From: a virus
Taxonomy: Duplodnaviria > Caudoviricetes
IMG/VR virus record: IMGVR_UViG_3300020460_000021
Location: 1 to 51,379 of that record
Reading direction: 5' to 3' (one strand)
DNA length: 51,379 nt
The notes beneath the pieces are model-generated. The model had not been told where the DNA came from. It did not search any database and saw only the letters and a program-made list of their open reading frames with translations. Shown here piece after piece: positions 1 to 7,748 of this stretch; position 1 is the first letter of the stretch; every line of letters starts with the position of its first letter. Made by a program: the position numbers and the translations under genes.

Positions 1-255
1 TACATCTAATATTTGTAAATTTAATTGGGATGTAGAAAAAGTACCGATCCATACAGAATTTGGAGAAGTACCAAATAGATATGCGATTATTAGAAACGAT
101 ACAAAAGATGTATTATCTGTTGTATCTCCTACTTATGAAATGTTATACAATCAACAACTTGCAGATATGGCTAATGTGTTTTTAGAAATGACAAATAAAC
201 CACCAAAAATAAATGAGTTTTATAATGGTGGTCGTATTGCTATCGAAATAGAAAA
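1..255. repeat. Terminal direct repeat, copy 1 (circular assembly overlap)
   Basis: 1-255 aligns without gaps to 51125-51379 with 6 substitutions. Confidence 0.95.
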
Positions 256-871
256 TGATACTTTATATAGTCAATCTGTATTAGCAGGATTTGACGGTAA
301 TTACAAAGGTCATATAACATTGATTAATAGTCATGATAAATCATGCAGATGGATGATTGCAGTTACTATTTTTCGTATTAAATGTGCAAATAGTTTTATG
401 GCTTTTATAGGTCATGGATTAAATGAAAATAGTAATGTTGCAAAAGAGTTTGTTTCAGGTCGTCATTCAACATATGATATATTGAATTTTAATAAAGCAA
501 AATCAACGGTAATAGATGCACAAACAACGATGAAAACATATTTAATGCAAATGCAAGATTTACAAAATCAAACCTATAAAGGGAATCCAAAAAAAACATA
601 CGCCGCACTTTTTGCACCAAACAAAAAAGTGTTTTATGGTGTTAAATGGAAAGACAATAGTAAACGTTTTGTAAATAGAGCAGATACATTTGATAAAATA
701 TATCATGACCGTTATAAAAAAGAACTAGGCAATACAAAATATGCTATGTTCAACACAATAACTCACATGGTAGATCACGAATGTAGTAAAAAACAATCAG
801 AAAATGGTTGGCATATGTTAGGACGTGGAAATGACATAAAACAAATGGGTTTAAAACACTTAATGTCGTAA
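2..871 (+). CDS. DUF932-like protein, 3' part (gene starts at 51063 across the junction, ~310 aa)
   Basis: Frame is open from base 2; WDVEKVP..YAIIRNDT.DVLSVVSPTY.MLYN, RIKCANS and TKYAMFNTIT..DH match the DUF932 pattern. Confidence 0.75.
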   Translation, partial: TSNICKFNWDVEKVPIHTEFGEVPNRYAIIRNDTKDVLSVVSPTYEMLYNQQLADMANVFLEMTNKPPKINEFYNGGRIAIEIENDTLYSQSVLAGFDGNYKGHITLINSHDKSCRWMIAVTIFRIKCANSFMAFIGHGLNENSNVAKEFVSGRHSTYDILNFNKAKSTVIDAQTTMKTYLMQMQDLQNQTYKGNPKKTYAALFAPNKKVFYGVKWKDNSKRFVNRADTFDKIYHDRYKKELGNTKYAMFNTITHMVDHECSKKQSENGWHMLGRGNDIKQMGLKHLMS

Positions 872-1021
872 ATTCATAAGCCTCATTTCAAGAGTAGTGG
901 ACGACTCTTCAGGCAACAGACATATAATCAAAACAAGTTATAAGAGAACTCTTTATAACCATGCAAAACAACCCTAATTGCTTAAGGGTTCTCTTTATAA
1001 CATTTTAAAAAGGAAGTACTC

Positions 1022-1315
1022 ATGCTTAAAATAAAAAACATCAATGATTTAGAAGAATATGCCATTAACAACAAAGCTACATTTTTATCGGTAGACCATG
1101 CTGAATGTAGAGTATTATTAGAAGGTTTAAAATTAATTGAACATAAAAGAGTTAATCTGTTACCTAAAATCAAACCTTTAAAATCAGCATTAGAAGAAAT
1201 TGAAATAGAATTATTTGACAATTCTATTAAAGATTCTAACAATCATTATACAATTGCAACAGAACTAGAATCACGAAGCAATCAATATTGTGCAAGTGGT
1301 CGTTGTGATGATTGA
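1022..1315 (+). CDS. Hypothetical protein
   Basis: 97-aa ORF with AAGGAAG RBS; co-oriented with early arm. Confidence 0.7.
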   Translation: MLKIKNINDLEEYAINNKATFLSVDHAECRVLLEGLKLIEHKRVNLLPKIKPLKSALEEIEIELFDNSIKDSNNHYTIATELESRSNQYCASGRCDD

Positions 1316-1628
1316 GAGTAAACCCAAACAAGGTTACAAGTTTGTATCCACTTTAAACATTAATGAACATTTTGAAATGGATTCAGGAAGAAAAGGTAAA
1401 GTAATAAAACATACCTCTTCTTATACAACGGTTATGTTTTATGAACCACCAAATTTTGCAGAACCAGAAGATATAGGTTTTTACATAGGTCGAACAAATA
1501 TATCTCTCCAAACAGAAGTAAGGATTATTGATGAAACAAACAAAAGAATTAAAAAGTCTACCACACTCAATAGAAGCAGAAGAAACTCTACTAGCAATAC
1601 TAATCGCACACAACGAAATATTCGATAA
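1290..1628 (+). CDS. Hypothetical protein (start uncertain)
   Basis: ORF fills the gap before dnaB; its 3' end overlaps dnaB. Confidence 0.55.
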   Translation: MQVVVVMIESKPKQGYKFVSTLNINEHFEMDSGRKGKVIKHTSSYTTVMFYEPPNFAEPEDIGFYIGRTNISLQTEVRIIDETNKRIKKSTTLNRSRRNSTSNTNRTQRNIR

Positions 1629-2925
1629 GATTTCTAAATATATAGAAGATCCAAAAATATTTTACAATGAATACAATGCAGAAACATATCGAATTATTCA
1701 AAGTCTTATTAAAGATAATGTACAAGCAGATTATGTAACTATAAGTGCAAGAGTAAAAGATAAATATAAAAAATATATAACTGCATTTTGGTTAACAGGT
1801 TTAGAATATACAAGCACAGGTCAAGCAGAATCCTATGCTAAATTAATTTATGAAAAATATGTACAACGCAATATTATCAAAGAAACAGAAAAGATTAAAA
1901 ATATTGCATATGATGACACAGAAAAATTTATTGATGTTGTTAATCAAGTAAGAAAATTTTCAGATGATTTTATTTCTGTAAACCCAACACAAGAATTTAA
2001 TTTAAAAGAACTTTCAAAAAATACAGTTAAATCATTAGGGGATAGTAAAAACCTCGTACACTTTGGATATAACCTGCTTGATAAAATGGCAGGTGGTATG
2101 ACTCGTGGTGAAATAACTGTAGTTGCAGGTAGACCAGGACATGGTAAAACTACATTTGCAGTAAACCTTATCCCCCATCTTCTTAAACAAAATATGAAAA
2201 TACTAGTTATCAATCGTGAGATGACCAATGAAGAAATGATGAAAAAACTAATCGTTCTTATGTCCCAAAATTTAAGTTATCACAATATTCGCATTGGTAA
2301 TATTTCTAAAATTGATTATGAAGAAATTGATGGTGTAATTAAAGAGATCCATAAGTTTGAAAATAAATTATATATGTATGATGATGTTAATACACTTACA
2401 GATACTATATCAATTATTACACAAATCAAACCTGATATTATTATTGATGATTATATACAATTAGTTAAGGTTCAAGGCAAAGACGCTAGACGTTTTGAAA
2501 TTGAATCTGTTATGCAAGAATATAAATGGATTGCAAAAAAATATAAATGCATTCCTATTTTAGTTTCACAACTCAATCGTAACATAGAAACCCGTATAGA
2601 CCCTATTCCAAAAATGAGTGATTTAGCTGAAGGCTCTTCAATTGAGCAAGTAGCTGAGAATGTATTATTTGTCTATTATGATTATAAAGTTCATTACAAC
2701 AAAAGTGAACTTGGTAAACATAAATCACAAATAGTTGCATCTAAAGTACGTTATGGTACAAGTGGAATGTTTACAATTGGTTTTAATGGCGATAGAGTCA
2801 GATTTCATGAAGATATAAACTCTTTAGAATACACTAAACAGATAGCAGAAAATATTGTTATCAAAGAAGAACCTAAAGATTTTAAAAGAGCAATGTTTCA
2901 AATACAGAAAGGAACATTTAAATAA
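1531..2925 (+). CDS. dnaB: Replicative DNA helicase, DnaB family
   Basis: N-terminal PHSIEAE, Walker A GRPGHGKT, Walker B IIIDDYIQL, SQLNR, SDLAEGSSIEQVA, KVRYG. Confidence 0.95.
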   Translation: MKQTKELKSLPHSIEAEETLLAILIAHNEIFDKISKYIEDPKIFYNEYNAETYRIIQSLIKDNVQADYVTISARVKDKYKKYITAFWLTGLEYTSTGQAESYAKLIYEKYVQRNIIKETEKIKNIAYDDTEKFIDVVNQVRKFSDDFISVNPTQEFNLKELSKNTVKSLGDSKNLVHFGYNLLDKMAGGMTRGEITVVAGRPGHGKTTFAVNLIPHLLKQNMKILVINREMTNEEMMKKLIVLMSQNLSYHNIRIGNISKIDYEEIDGVIKEIHKFENKLYMYDDVNTLTDTISIITQIKPDIIIDDYIQLVKVQGKDARRFEIESVMQEYKWIAKKYKCIPILVSQLNRNIETRIDPIPKMSDLAEGSSIEQVAENVLFVYYDYKVHYNKSELGKHKSQIVASKVRYGTSGMFTIGFNGDRVRFHEDINSLEYTKQIAENIVIKEEPKDFKRAMFQIQKGTFK

Positions 2926-2992
2926 TGAGTGGTGATTGTTTTTATCTATTAATATTTCTTAGTCGAGGAAATATTAACCCTACAAATACCTT

Positions 2993-3238
2993 ATGTTGAA
3001 TAATATACAATCACCTACTCATACTTGTTGGAATTGCAAATATCATAATACGGAAGGAAATACATTGAATACATATTGTATGTGGTTTGAAAAATACAAA
3101 CACAAAAAAAGAGAGATACCTAAAAAAGTATTACAAGAAGGTTGTAAATATCATATCTACACATACCATCAAGATGCTAATGTCAAACGAAAATTTATAG
3201 ATCTGTTTGATATCGTAGAGGTTTACGATGAGCGATGA
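2993..3238 (+). CDS. Hypothetical Cys-rich protein
   Basis: CWNC plus further Cys; overlaps the next gene. Confidence 0.6.
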   Translation: MLNNIQSPTHTCWNCKYHNTEGNTLNTYCMWFEKYKHKKREIPKKVLQEGCKYHIYTYHQDANVKRKFIDLFDIVEVYDER

Positions 3239-3446
3239 TGTAAATCCAAAATATTATACCAAAGGTATTGAAGTTGCAGAGTTTGTGCATTCCCACAAAT
3301 TAGGATATTTAGAAGGCAATGCTATTAAATATTTAACTCGTTGGAAACACAAACATGCAAATCCAAAACAACAAAAACTTGACTTACAAAAAGCCAAAAG
3401 AAACATCGAATTATTAATTCAATATGAAGAAAGGAAAGAAAAATGA
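3228..3446 (+). CDS. DUF3310 (T7 gp1.7-like) protein
   Basis: VNPKYY..GIE and GNAIKYLTRWKHK..DLQKA motifs. Confidence 0.85.
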   Translation: MSDDVNPKYYTKGIEVAEFVHSHKLGYLEGNAIKYLTRWKHKHANPKQQKLDLQKAKRNIELLIQYEERKEK

Positions 3447-3685
3447 GTATAGAAAAAGTATACAATATTACAGTATCATCAACATATAGTGATTTTGATT
3501 TAGAAAGATTTTTGAAATCAAAAAACATGCAAATATTTATGGGTAATGAATATATGTGTGACATTACAACTATTAAAGTACAACCCAAATTTCAAATTGT
3601 AGAAAAAGAAGAAAAAATGTCACCAGAAAAATATATTTCTAAATCATATAAAATGGTTGGTGATAGTTTAAATGACTTAAAATAA
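3443..3685 (+). CDS. Hypothetical protein
   Basis: 80-aa ORF overlapping the upstream stop. Confidence 0.65.
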   Translation: MSIEKVYNITVSSTYSDFDLERFLKSKNMQIFMGNEYMCDITTIKVQPKFQIVEKEEKMSPEKYISKSYKMVGDSLNDLK

Positions 3686-3709
3686 TCTTTAATACTTAGG
3701 GAGCATAAT

Positions 3710-3862
3710 ATGGACGAAAAATTAAAAATCTATGAACGCATGGCGAAAGCATTAATGCGAAAATGGAAACAAAAACCAGAAACTTTATATCCAGAACTTA
3801 TTCATATTTTGCAATCCCTTGGTATTGATTGGATTGAAGATAATAAAACAATAAAAAAATAA
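3710..3862 (+). CDS. Small hypothetical protein (50 aa, MDEKLKIYER...)
   Basis: Translated by hand; AGGGAG RBS upstream; below the ORF track cutoff. Confidence 0.65.
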   Translation: MDEKLKIYERMAKALMRKWKQKPETLYPELIHILQSLGIDWIEDNKTIKK

Positions 3863-3880
3863 ACATCTAGGAGGCAACAG

Positions 3881-4099
3881 ATGAGAACAAAAGAAGCAAA
3901 GCAATTTATTCAAACAAATGATATTAATAATCAAAAATGGATGTTTGAAGAAGATGCGTGTAAATACTTGAATTGCGATAGAAAAACATTAAAAAAAGCA
4001 AGAGATCTTGGCAAACTAAAATTCAGTAGGCCAGGAAAACGTAGAATATATTATAAATCTGAATGGTTAGATGAATACATTTTACAAGGAGTTAGATAA
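3881..4099 (+). CDS. Excisionase-like helix-turn-helix protein
   Basis: EEDACKYLNCDRKTL..GKLKFSRPG.RIYY..WLDEY is the Xis/HTH_17 pattern; AGGAGG RBS. Confidence 0.8.
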   Translation: MRTKEAKQFIQTNDINNQKWMFEEDACKYLNCDRKTLKKARDLGKLKFSRPGKRRIYYKSEWLDEYILQGVR

Positions 4100-4101
4100 C
4101 A

Positions 4102-4482
4102 ATGTATACAAAAGAAGAAGATATAGGTAATCATTGTGTTAGATGTAATAGAGACACATCACTTGGCTCAGGATTATTTGTAAACAGAATTCCTACACAC
4201 TGTGATTCTGAAAGTTGGTTTGAAGGAAAAAAAATCTTTGAAAAAAATCATTATCGTATTGGTTATTTATGTCTCGATTGTAGTGCAATAGAATGTGATA
4301 GATGTAATGAAATGATATCTATAGAGGAATATATAAAAGCTAACGATTTTATATGGGATGTAGATAAAAGTGTTTATTCAAAAATATTACATAAAAATCA
4401 ACATTGTTTTAAAGATGGAGCAATAGTTGTTCATTACGAATGTTTAAAACAAAATGAACAAAAAATATATGATGAGGTTTAA
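4102..4482 (+). CDS. Hypothetical Zn-binding protein
   Basis: CVRC, CLDC, CDRC and HYEC motifs. Confidence 0.7.
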   Translation: MYTKEEDIGNHCVRCNRDTSLGSGLFVNRIPTHCDSESWFEGKKIFEKNHYRIGYLCLDCSAIECDRCNEMISIEEYIKANDFIWDVDKSVYSKILHKNQHCFKDGAIVVHYECLKQNEQKIYDEV

Positions 4483-4774
4483 AAAAACAGATCATTGGGA
4501 AATGATAGGCAATATTGCCAAAACATTACAATTAAAGAAAGAGAGAAAAAATATGGACTTATCAGAATTTATAGACAAGTATTGTCAAAAAGAATATGGG
4601 CATACAAACTGGGGTTACAAAAAAAGCTATACACAAGAAGAACTTAATAGCAATAATTATGATTTAGAAAACGATATTGTATTCTGGCATAAACCTCTAG
4701 AAGATGATGAAGAATATCATCCAGATACAGAAAGAGAAATAAACGAGGAGGAAAGAAATGAGTCATCCAAGTAA
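4454..4774 (+). CDS. Hypothetical protein (true start may be MDLSEF near 4553)
   Basis: ORF in early arm with acidic C-terminus. Confidence 0.55.
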   Translation: MNKKYMMRFKKTDHWEMIGNIAKTLQLKKERKNMDLSEFIDKYCQKEYGHTNWGYKKSYTQEELNSNNYDLENDIVFWHKPLEDDEEYHPDTEREINEEERNESSK

Positions 4775-5150
4775 AGTAAAAGGCAATAGAATTGAACGTG
4801 AAATCGTAGATATATTTAAAGAATATGGTTTTACAGAAGCAAAAAGAGCATGGGGTTCTAATGGTCAATCATTAGGACTTCACGAAGAGGTCGATTGTTA
4901 TATTCCTGAAATAGATTTAAAAATTCAAAGCAAAGGAAGAAAACAAATTGCATCTTATGTTATTCCAAATATACCGATTGTTGACATACAAGTTGTAAAA
5001 GCCAACAACAAACCTTATTTGGTAATTACAGATATACATGATTATGTAAAAGACAAACAAAAAATTATAGAATTGCAAAAAGAAATTATAATGTTAGAAC
5101 AAGAAATTAACAAATTAGAAACAGATCTAGCATATACAAACTCTGTTTAA
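4758..5150 (+). CDS. Holliday junction resolvase, Hjc-like PD-(D/E)xK nuclease
   Basis: SKVKGNRIEREIV, VD, IQSK motifs; GAGGAGG RBS. Confidence 0.75.
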   Translation: MSHPSKVKGNRIEREIVDIFKEYGFTEAKRAWGSNGQSLGLHEEVDCYIPEIDLKIQSKGRKQIASYVIPNIPIVDIQVVKANNKPYLVITDIHDYVKDKQKIIELQKEIIMLEQEINKLETDLAYTNSV

Positions 5151-5151
5151 T

Positions 5152-5937
5152 TTATTTATGTTTATTCAATATTTTTCTAAAATTTCTTATTTGTCGAATC
5201 TGTTGTTCAGTATCGTTAGGTTTAGTTAAAAAAGTAGTTTTTATAACAACTTTCATGTTTGGTAAAAAACTAAATTTTCCTGCTAATTGCGTAGGAACAT
5301 TATGACCATTTTTATGTATATACACAACATCTTGTATTAATTCAAATGGTTTGCTTTGTTGACTAGATTTTATCAAATAAAACATATCAGCTATAATTAA
5401 ACCTGCTTTTCTAAACGCATTAATAGAACTTTTTTGTATAAGATTTTCTATTGGATGTGTATTCATATTATACCATTTACCAATATGCCAATAATGGTCT
5501 TCTAATTCTTTCACAGTATACCCCAAATATTGAGAACACTCCTCTTTACCTTCCACCCAATCCATTCTTCTATGTAACTTACCCATACCAGTCAATTTAA
5601 ATGAAACTTGACATACACTATGATGGTTGCTATACATTTCTTTAAATGCACTTGCAATTTTACTTTGCGGCGAATTAAGTTGAGATTTTAATTCTTTATT
5701 TTCTTCTGTTAACCTAACAATTTGTTTAATTAAATCTGCAGTTGTGTTTTGATTTGGTTTTTTTACTTCTTCGTCTTTTAAAATATTATAATATTTAGAC
5801 GGTAAAGAATTATTTTTTTTCCAACGTGAAACTGTTGCTTGTGTAACAGAAAAAAAATTAGCTATATTTTGTTGAGTAGTTGTTTCACCTATATTAGTCA
5901 AACGTTCTAATAACCTATTAAAAGTAATATTGGTCAT
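5152..5937 (-). CDS. Repressor-like protein: Cro/CI HTH + coiled coil + PAS-like domain
   Basis: TQQNIANFFSVTQATVSRWKK HTH; LIKQIVRLTEENKELKSQL coil; LGYTVKEL and YIHKNGHNVP PAS/PAC-like motifs; next to attP and int. Confidence 0.75.
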   Translation of the reverse strand: MTNITFNRLLERLTNIGETTTQQNIANFFSVTQATVSRWKKNNSLPSKYYNILKDEEVKKPNQNTTADLIKQIVRLTEENKELKSQLNSPQSKIASAFKEMYSNHHSVCQVSFKLTGMGKLHRRMDWVEGKEECSQYLGYTVKELEDHYWHIGKWYNMNTHPIENLIQKSSINAFRKAGLIIADMFYLIKSSQQSKPFELIQDVVYIHKNGHNVPTQLAGKFSFLPNMKVVIKTTFLTKPNDTEQQIRQIRNFRKILNKHK

Positions 5938-5972
5938 TATACCCCCCTTTTTTTGTGTTGTTGCTTAATCAT

Positions 5973-6001
5973 AATATACAATTTTATACATTTTTATGCA
6001 A
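5973..6001 (-). promoter_or_regulatory. Sigma70-like promoter, proximal to repressor
   Basis: TTGCAT-17 nt-TATATT on - strand, about 35 nt upstream of the ATG. Confidence 0.55.
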
Positions 6002-6049
6002 ATATCTATTATTTTATAGCTAAAAAACAACTTTTGTTGGAGGTATAAA

Positions 6050-6205
6050 AAAGAGGAATTAATTTCTCGGTGGATTCTAGGAACGGTTGCACAGAATCGA
6101 GTAAGTTTCATGGACGACGCTTGCTCGATTCTTTTTTTGTGCAAACCTAGCAACAGACACTTCCAAAAGGAAGCATGTGTATTTAGGATGTGATCCTAAA
6201 TTCTT
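6050..6205. ncRNA. Structured RNA (repressor leader or sRNA); strand uncertain
   Basis: Nested stems CTAGG/CCTAG, TTGCACA/TGTGCAA, GAATCGAGTAAG/CTTGCTCGATTC; also CTTCC/GGAAG and ATTTAGGAT/ATCCTAAAT. Confidence 0.6.
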
Positions 6206-6260
6206 GTTTTGTAACGTTTTTGTAACAAATCTTGTTATAAAGTTAACTTACTAATATACT

Positions 6261-6289
6261 ATTATAAAGCAAAAGTTTTAAAAATGCAA
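6261..6289 (-). promoter_or_regulatory. Near-consensus sigma70 promoter, distal
   Basis: TTGCAT-17 nt-TATAAT on - strand, pointing through the structured region toward the repressor. Confidence 0.65.
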
Positions 6290-6310
6290 TATTGTGCAAT
6301 CTTAAATATC

Positions 6311-6558
6311 TACCCCCCACCATTTACCCCCCACTTTTTTAACAACAAAACTCAAAAGACCCCAATAAAACTCTTAAGTCCCCTCTGAAAATATATTTAA
6401 TTAAAATTATCGAATATGGTGTTTTTAGATTTTAAGTCCACAGTGTCTACCAATTCCACCACCCGGGCATCGCATCTTTTGTCGTCAATCTTTTTATCAA
6501 AAAACTAAATAATTAAAAAATGTTAAAATACCTTTACCCCCCACTTTTTACCCCCCAC
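6311..6558. mobile_element. attP region with four integrase arm-type repeats
   Basis: TACCCCCCAC at 6311, 6325, 6535 and 6549 (two pairs, 14-nt period) flanking a tRNA fragment, just downstream of int. Confidence 0.85.
6428..6468 (-). other. attP core: 5' half of tRNA-Leu(TAA)
   Basis: - strand reads GCCCGGGTGGTGGAATTGGTAGACACTGTGGACTTAAAATC: acceptor 5' strand, D-arm and anticodon loop; then diverges, no T-arm. Confidence 0.9.
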
Positions 6559-6562
6559 CTAG

Positions 6563-7729
6563 TCAAATTTTGGGGAAAAAACCTGATTTTTTAACACTTG
6601 GAAAATCTGTTTCTAATTGGGATATATGAAATTTAGTATAACCATCAGTTGTATTAGTATTAGTATGACCTAATAATCTTGATACTAAATGAATATCTCC
6701 AGTTTCAAAATATTTTCGCACTGCAAATGTATCTCTTAAATTATGAAAACGCAAATTACTTTCATCACCTAAAACTTTTTTTACTGCTTGTTTAAATCCT
6801 TTTGATATTTTACTACGATCATTAAACTTAACGATATGATATTTTTTATCTTTTGCTTTCTTTTGAAAATCAATTAAAAAATCTTTTTGTTCTTGATTTA
6901 TAATGAACTCTCTGAATGTTTGTTTTCTTTTTGTTTCTTCCATTGGTATTTTCATCAAATAGTTTTTATTTAATGGAATAATATTAGCATAAAAAGGTTC
7001 TTTTAATCTACATCCAGTTTCAACATAAAATTTTATAACTTGTTTTAAATAGTTTGCATCATCACGAGTTTTTTTAAAACCTACAAATTCATTAAAATCA
7101 CATTGCAATATTTTTTCTAATACTGGTTCTGAAAAATACATTGGTTCTTTATCAGGTTTAGGTGGTAGTTTTATATTTGGTTTATTATTAAGATTTAAAT
7201 TCCAATCTTTAACTTTTTCAGTATAAATAAAATCAACTAAATATTTAAAATATCTAATACTATTATATGTAAAGTATTCAGAATTTTTTTTATTTACATA
7301 TTTTCTAAATCGTAAAACATCTTTATGTGAAATACTTTCAAAATTTTTGTTTTTACCTAAGCAATCTAAAAGTCTGCCTAAAATAATTGTATAACCTCGA
7401 ATAGTTTCTTTAGATGCATTTTCTGTTGTTTTATAATCCATATAATAATCAATTGCATTTTTTAAAGTAATTGTTCTTACTTTACTCACTTTATCTTCAT
7501 TGATCCATTCAAAATATGTTTTATCTATAACACCATTTAATAAATTTTTTCTTTGTTGATGTACTTTTAATGCTCTTTTTTCTGCTTGATTATGTTGTTG
7601 AATAGTTGATAAAGACATATCAACTTTTAATGGAATCATTATTTCTTTATAAGAATTATTATTTTTAGTGCGAAGCCTATAATAATACATATTCCATTTA
7701 AAATTCCAATGTTGTATTCTGCTTGGCAT
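6563..7729 (-). CDS. int: Tyrosine integrase
   Basis: TGCRLKE (R), FHNLRDTFA (HxxR), LGH...TTDGY (H, Y); SAM-like central domain. Confidence 0.95.
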   Translation of the reverse strand: MPSRIQHWNFKWNMYYYRLRTKNNNSYKEIMIPLKVDMSLSTIQQHNQAEKRALKVHQQRKNLLNGVIDKTYFEWINEDKVSKVRTITLKNAIDYYMDYKTTENASKETIRGYTIILGRLLDCLGKNKNFESISHKDVLRFRKYVNKKNSEYFTYNSIRYFKYLVDFIYTEKVKDWNLNLNNKPNIKLPPKPDKEPMYFSEPVLEKILQCDFNEFVGFKKTRDDANYLKQVIKFYVETGCRLKEPFYANIIPLNKNYLMKIPMEETKRKQTFREFIINQEQKDFLIDFQKKAKDKKYHIVKFNDRSKISKGFKQAVKKVLGDESNLRFHNLRDTFAVRKYFETGDIHLVSRLLGHTNTNTTDGYTKFHISQLETDFPSVKKSGFFPKI

Positions 7730-7748
7730 TAAGCCAAGTTTAATAAAA

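Noticed and set aside
1-255. Diversity-generating retroelement TR/VR pair
   Set aside because: Changes run in both directions, are mostly synonymous, include a C/T, and no reverse transcriptase was seen
5965-6153. 62-aa ORF on the - strand
   Set aside because: TTG start without RBS; overlaps the structured RNA and the repressor promoter. A leader peptide cannot be fully excluded
6428-6468. Complete phage tRNA-Leu gene
   Set aside because: Sequence diverges just after the anticodon loop; no variable arm, T-arm or 3' acceptor strand
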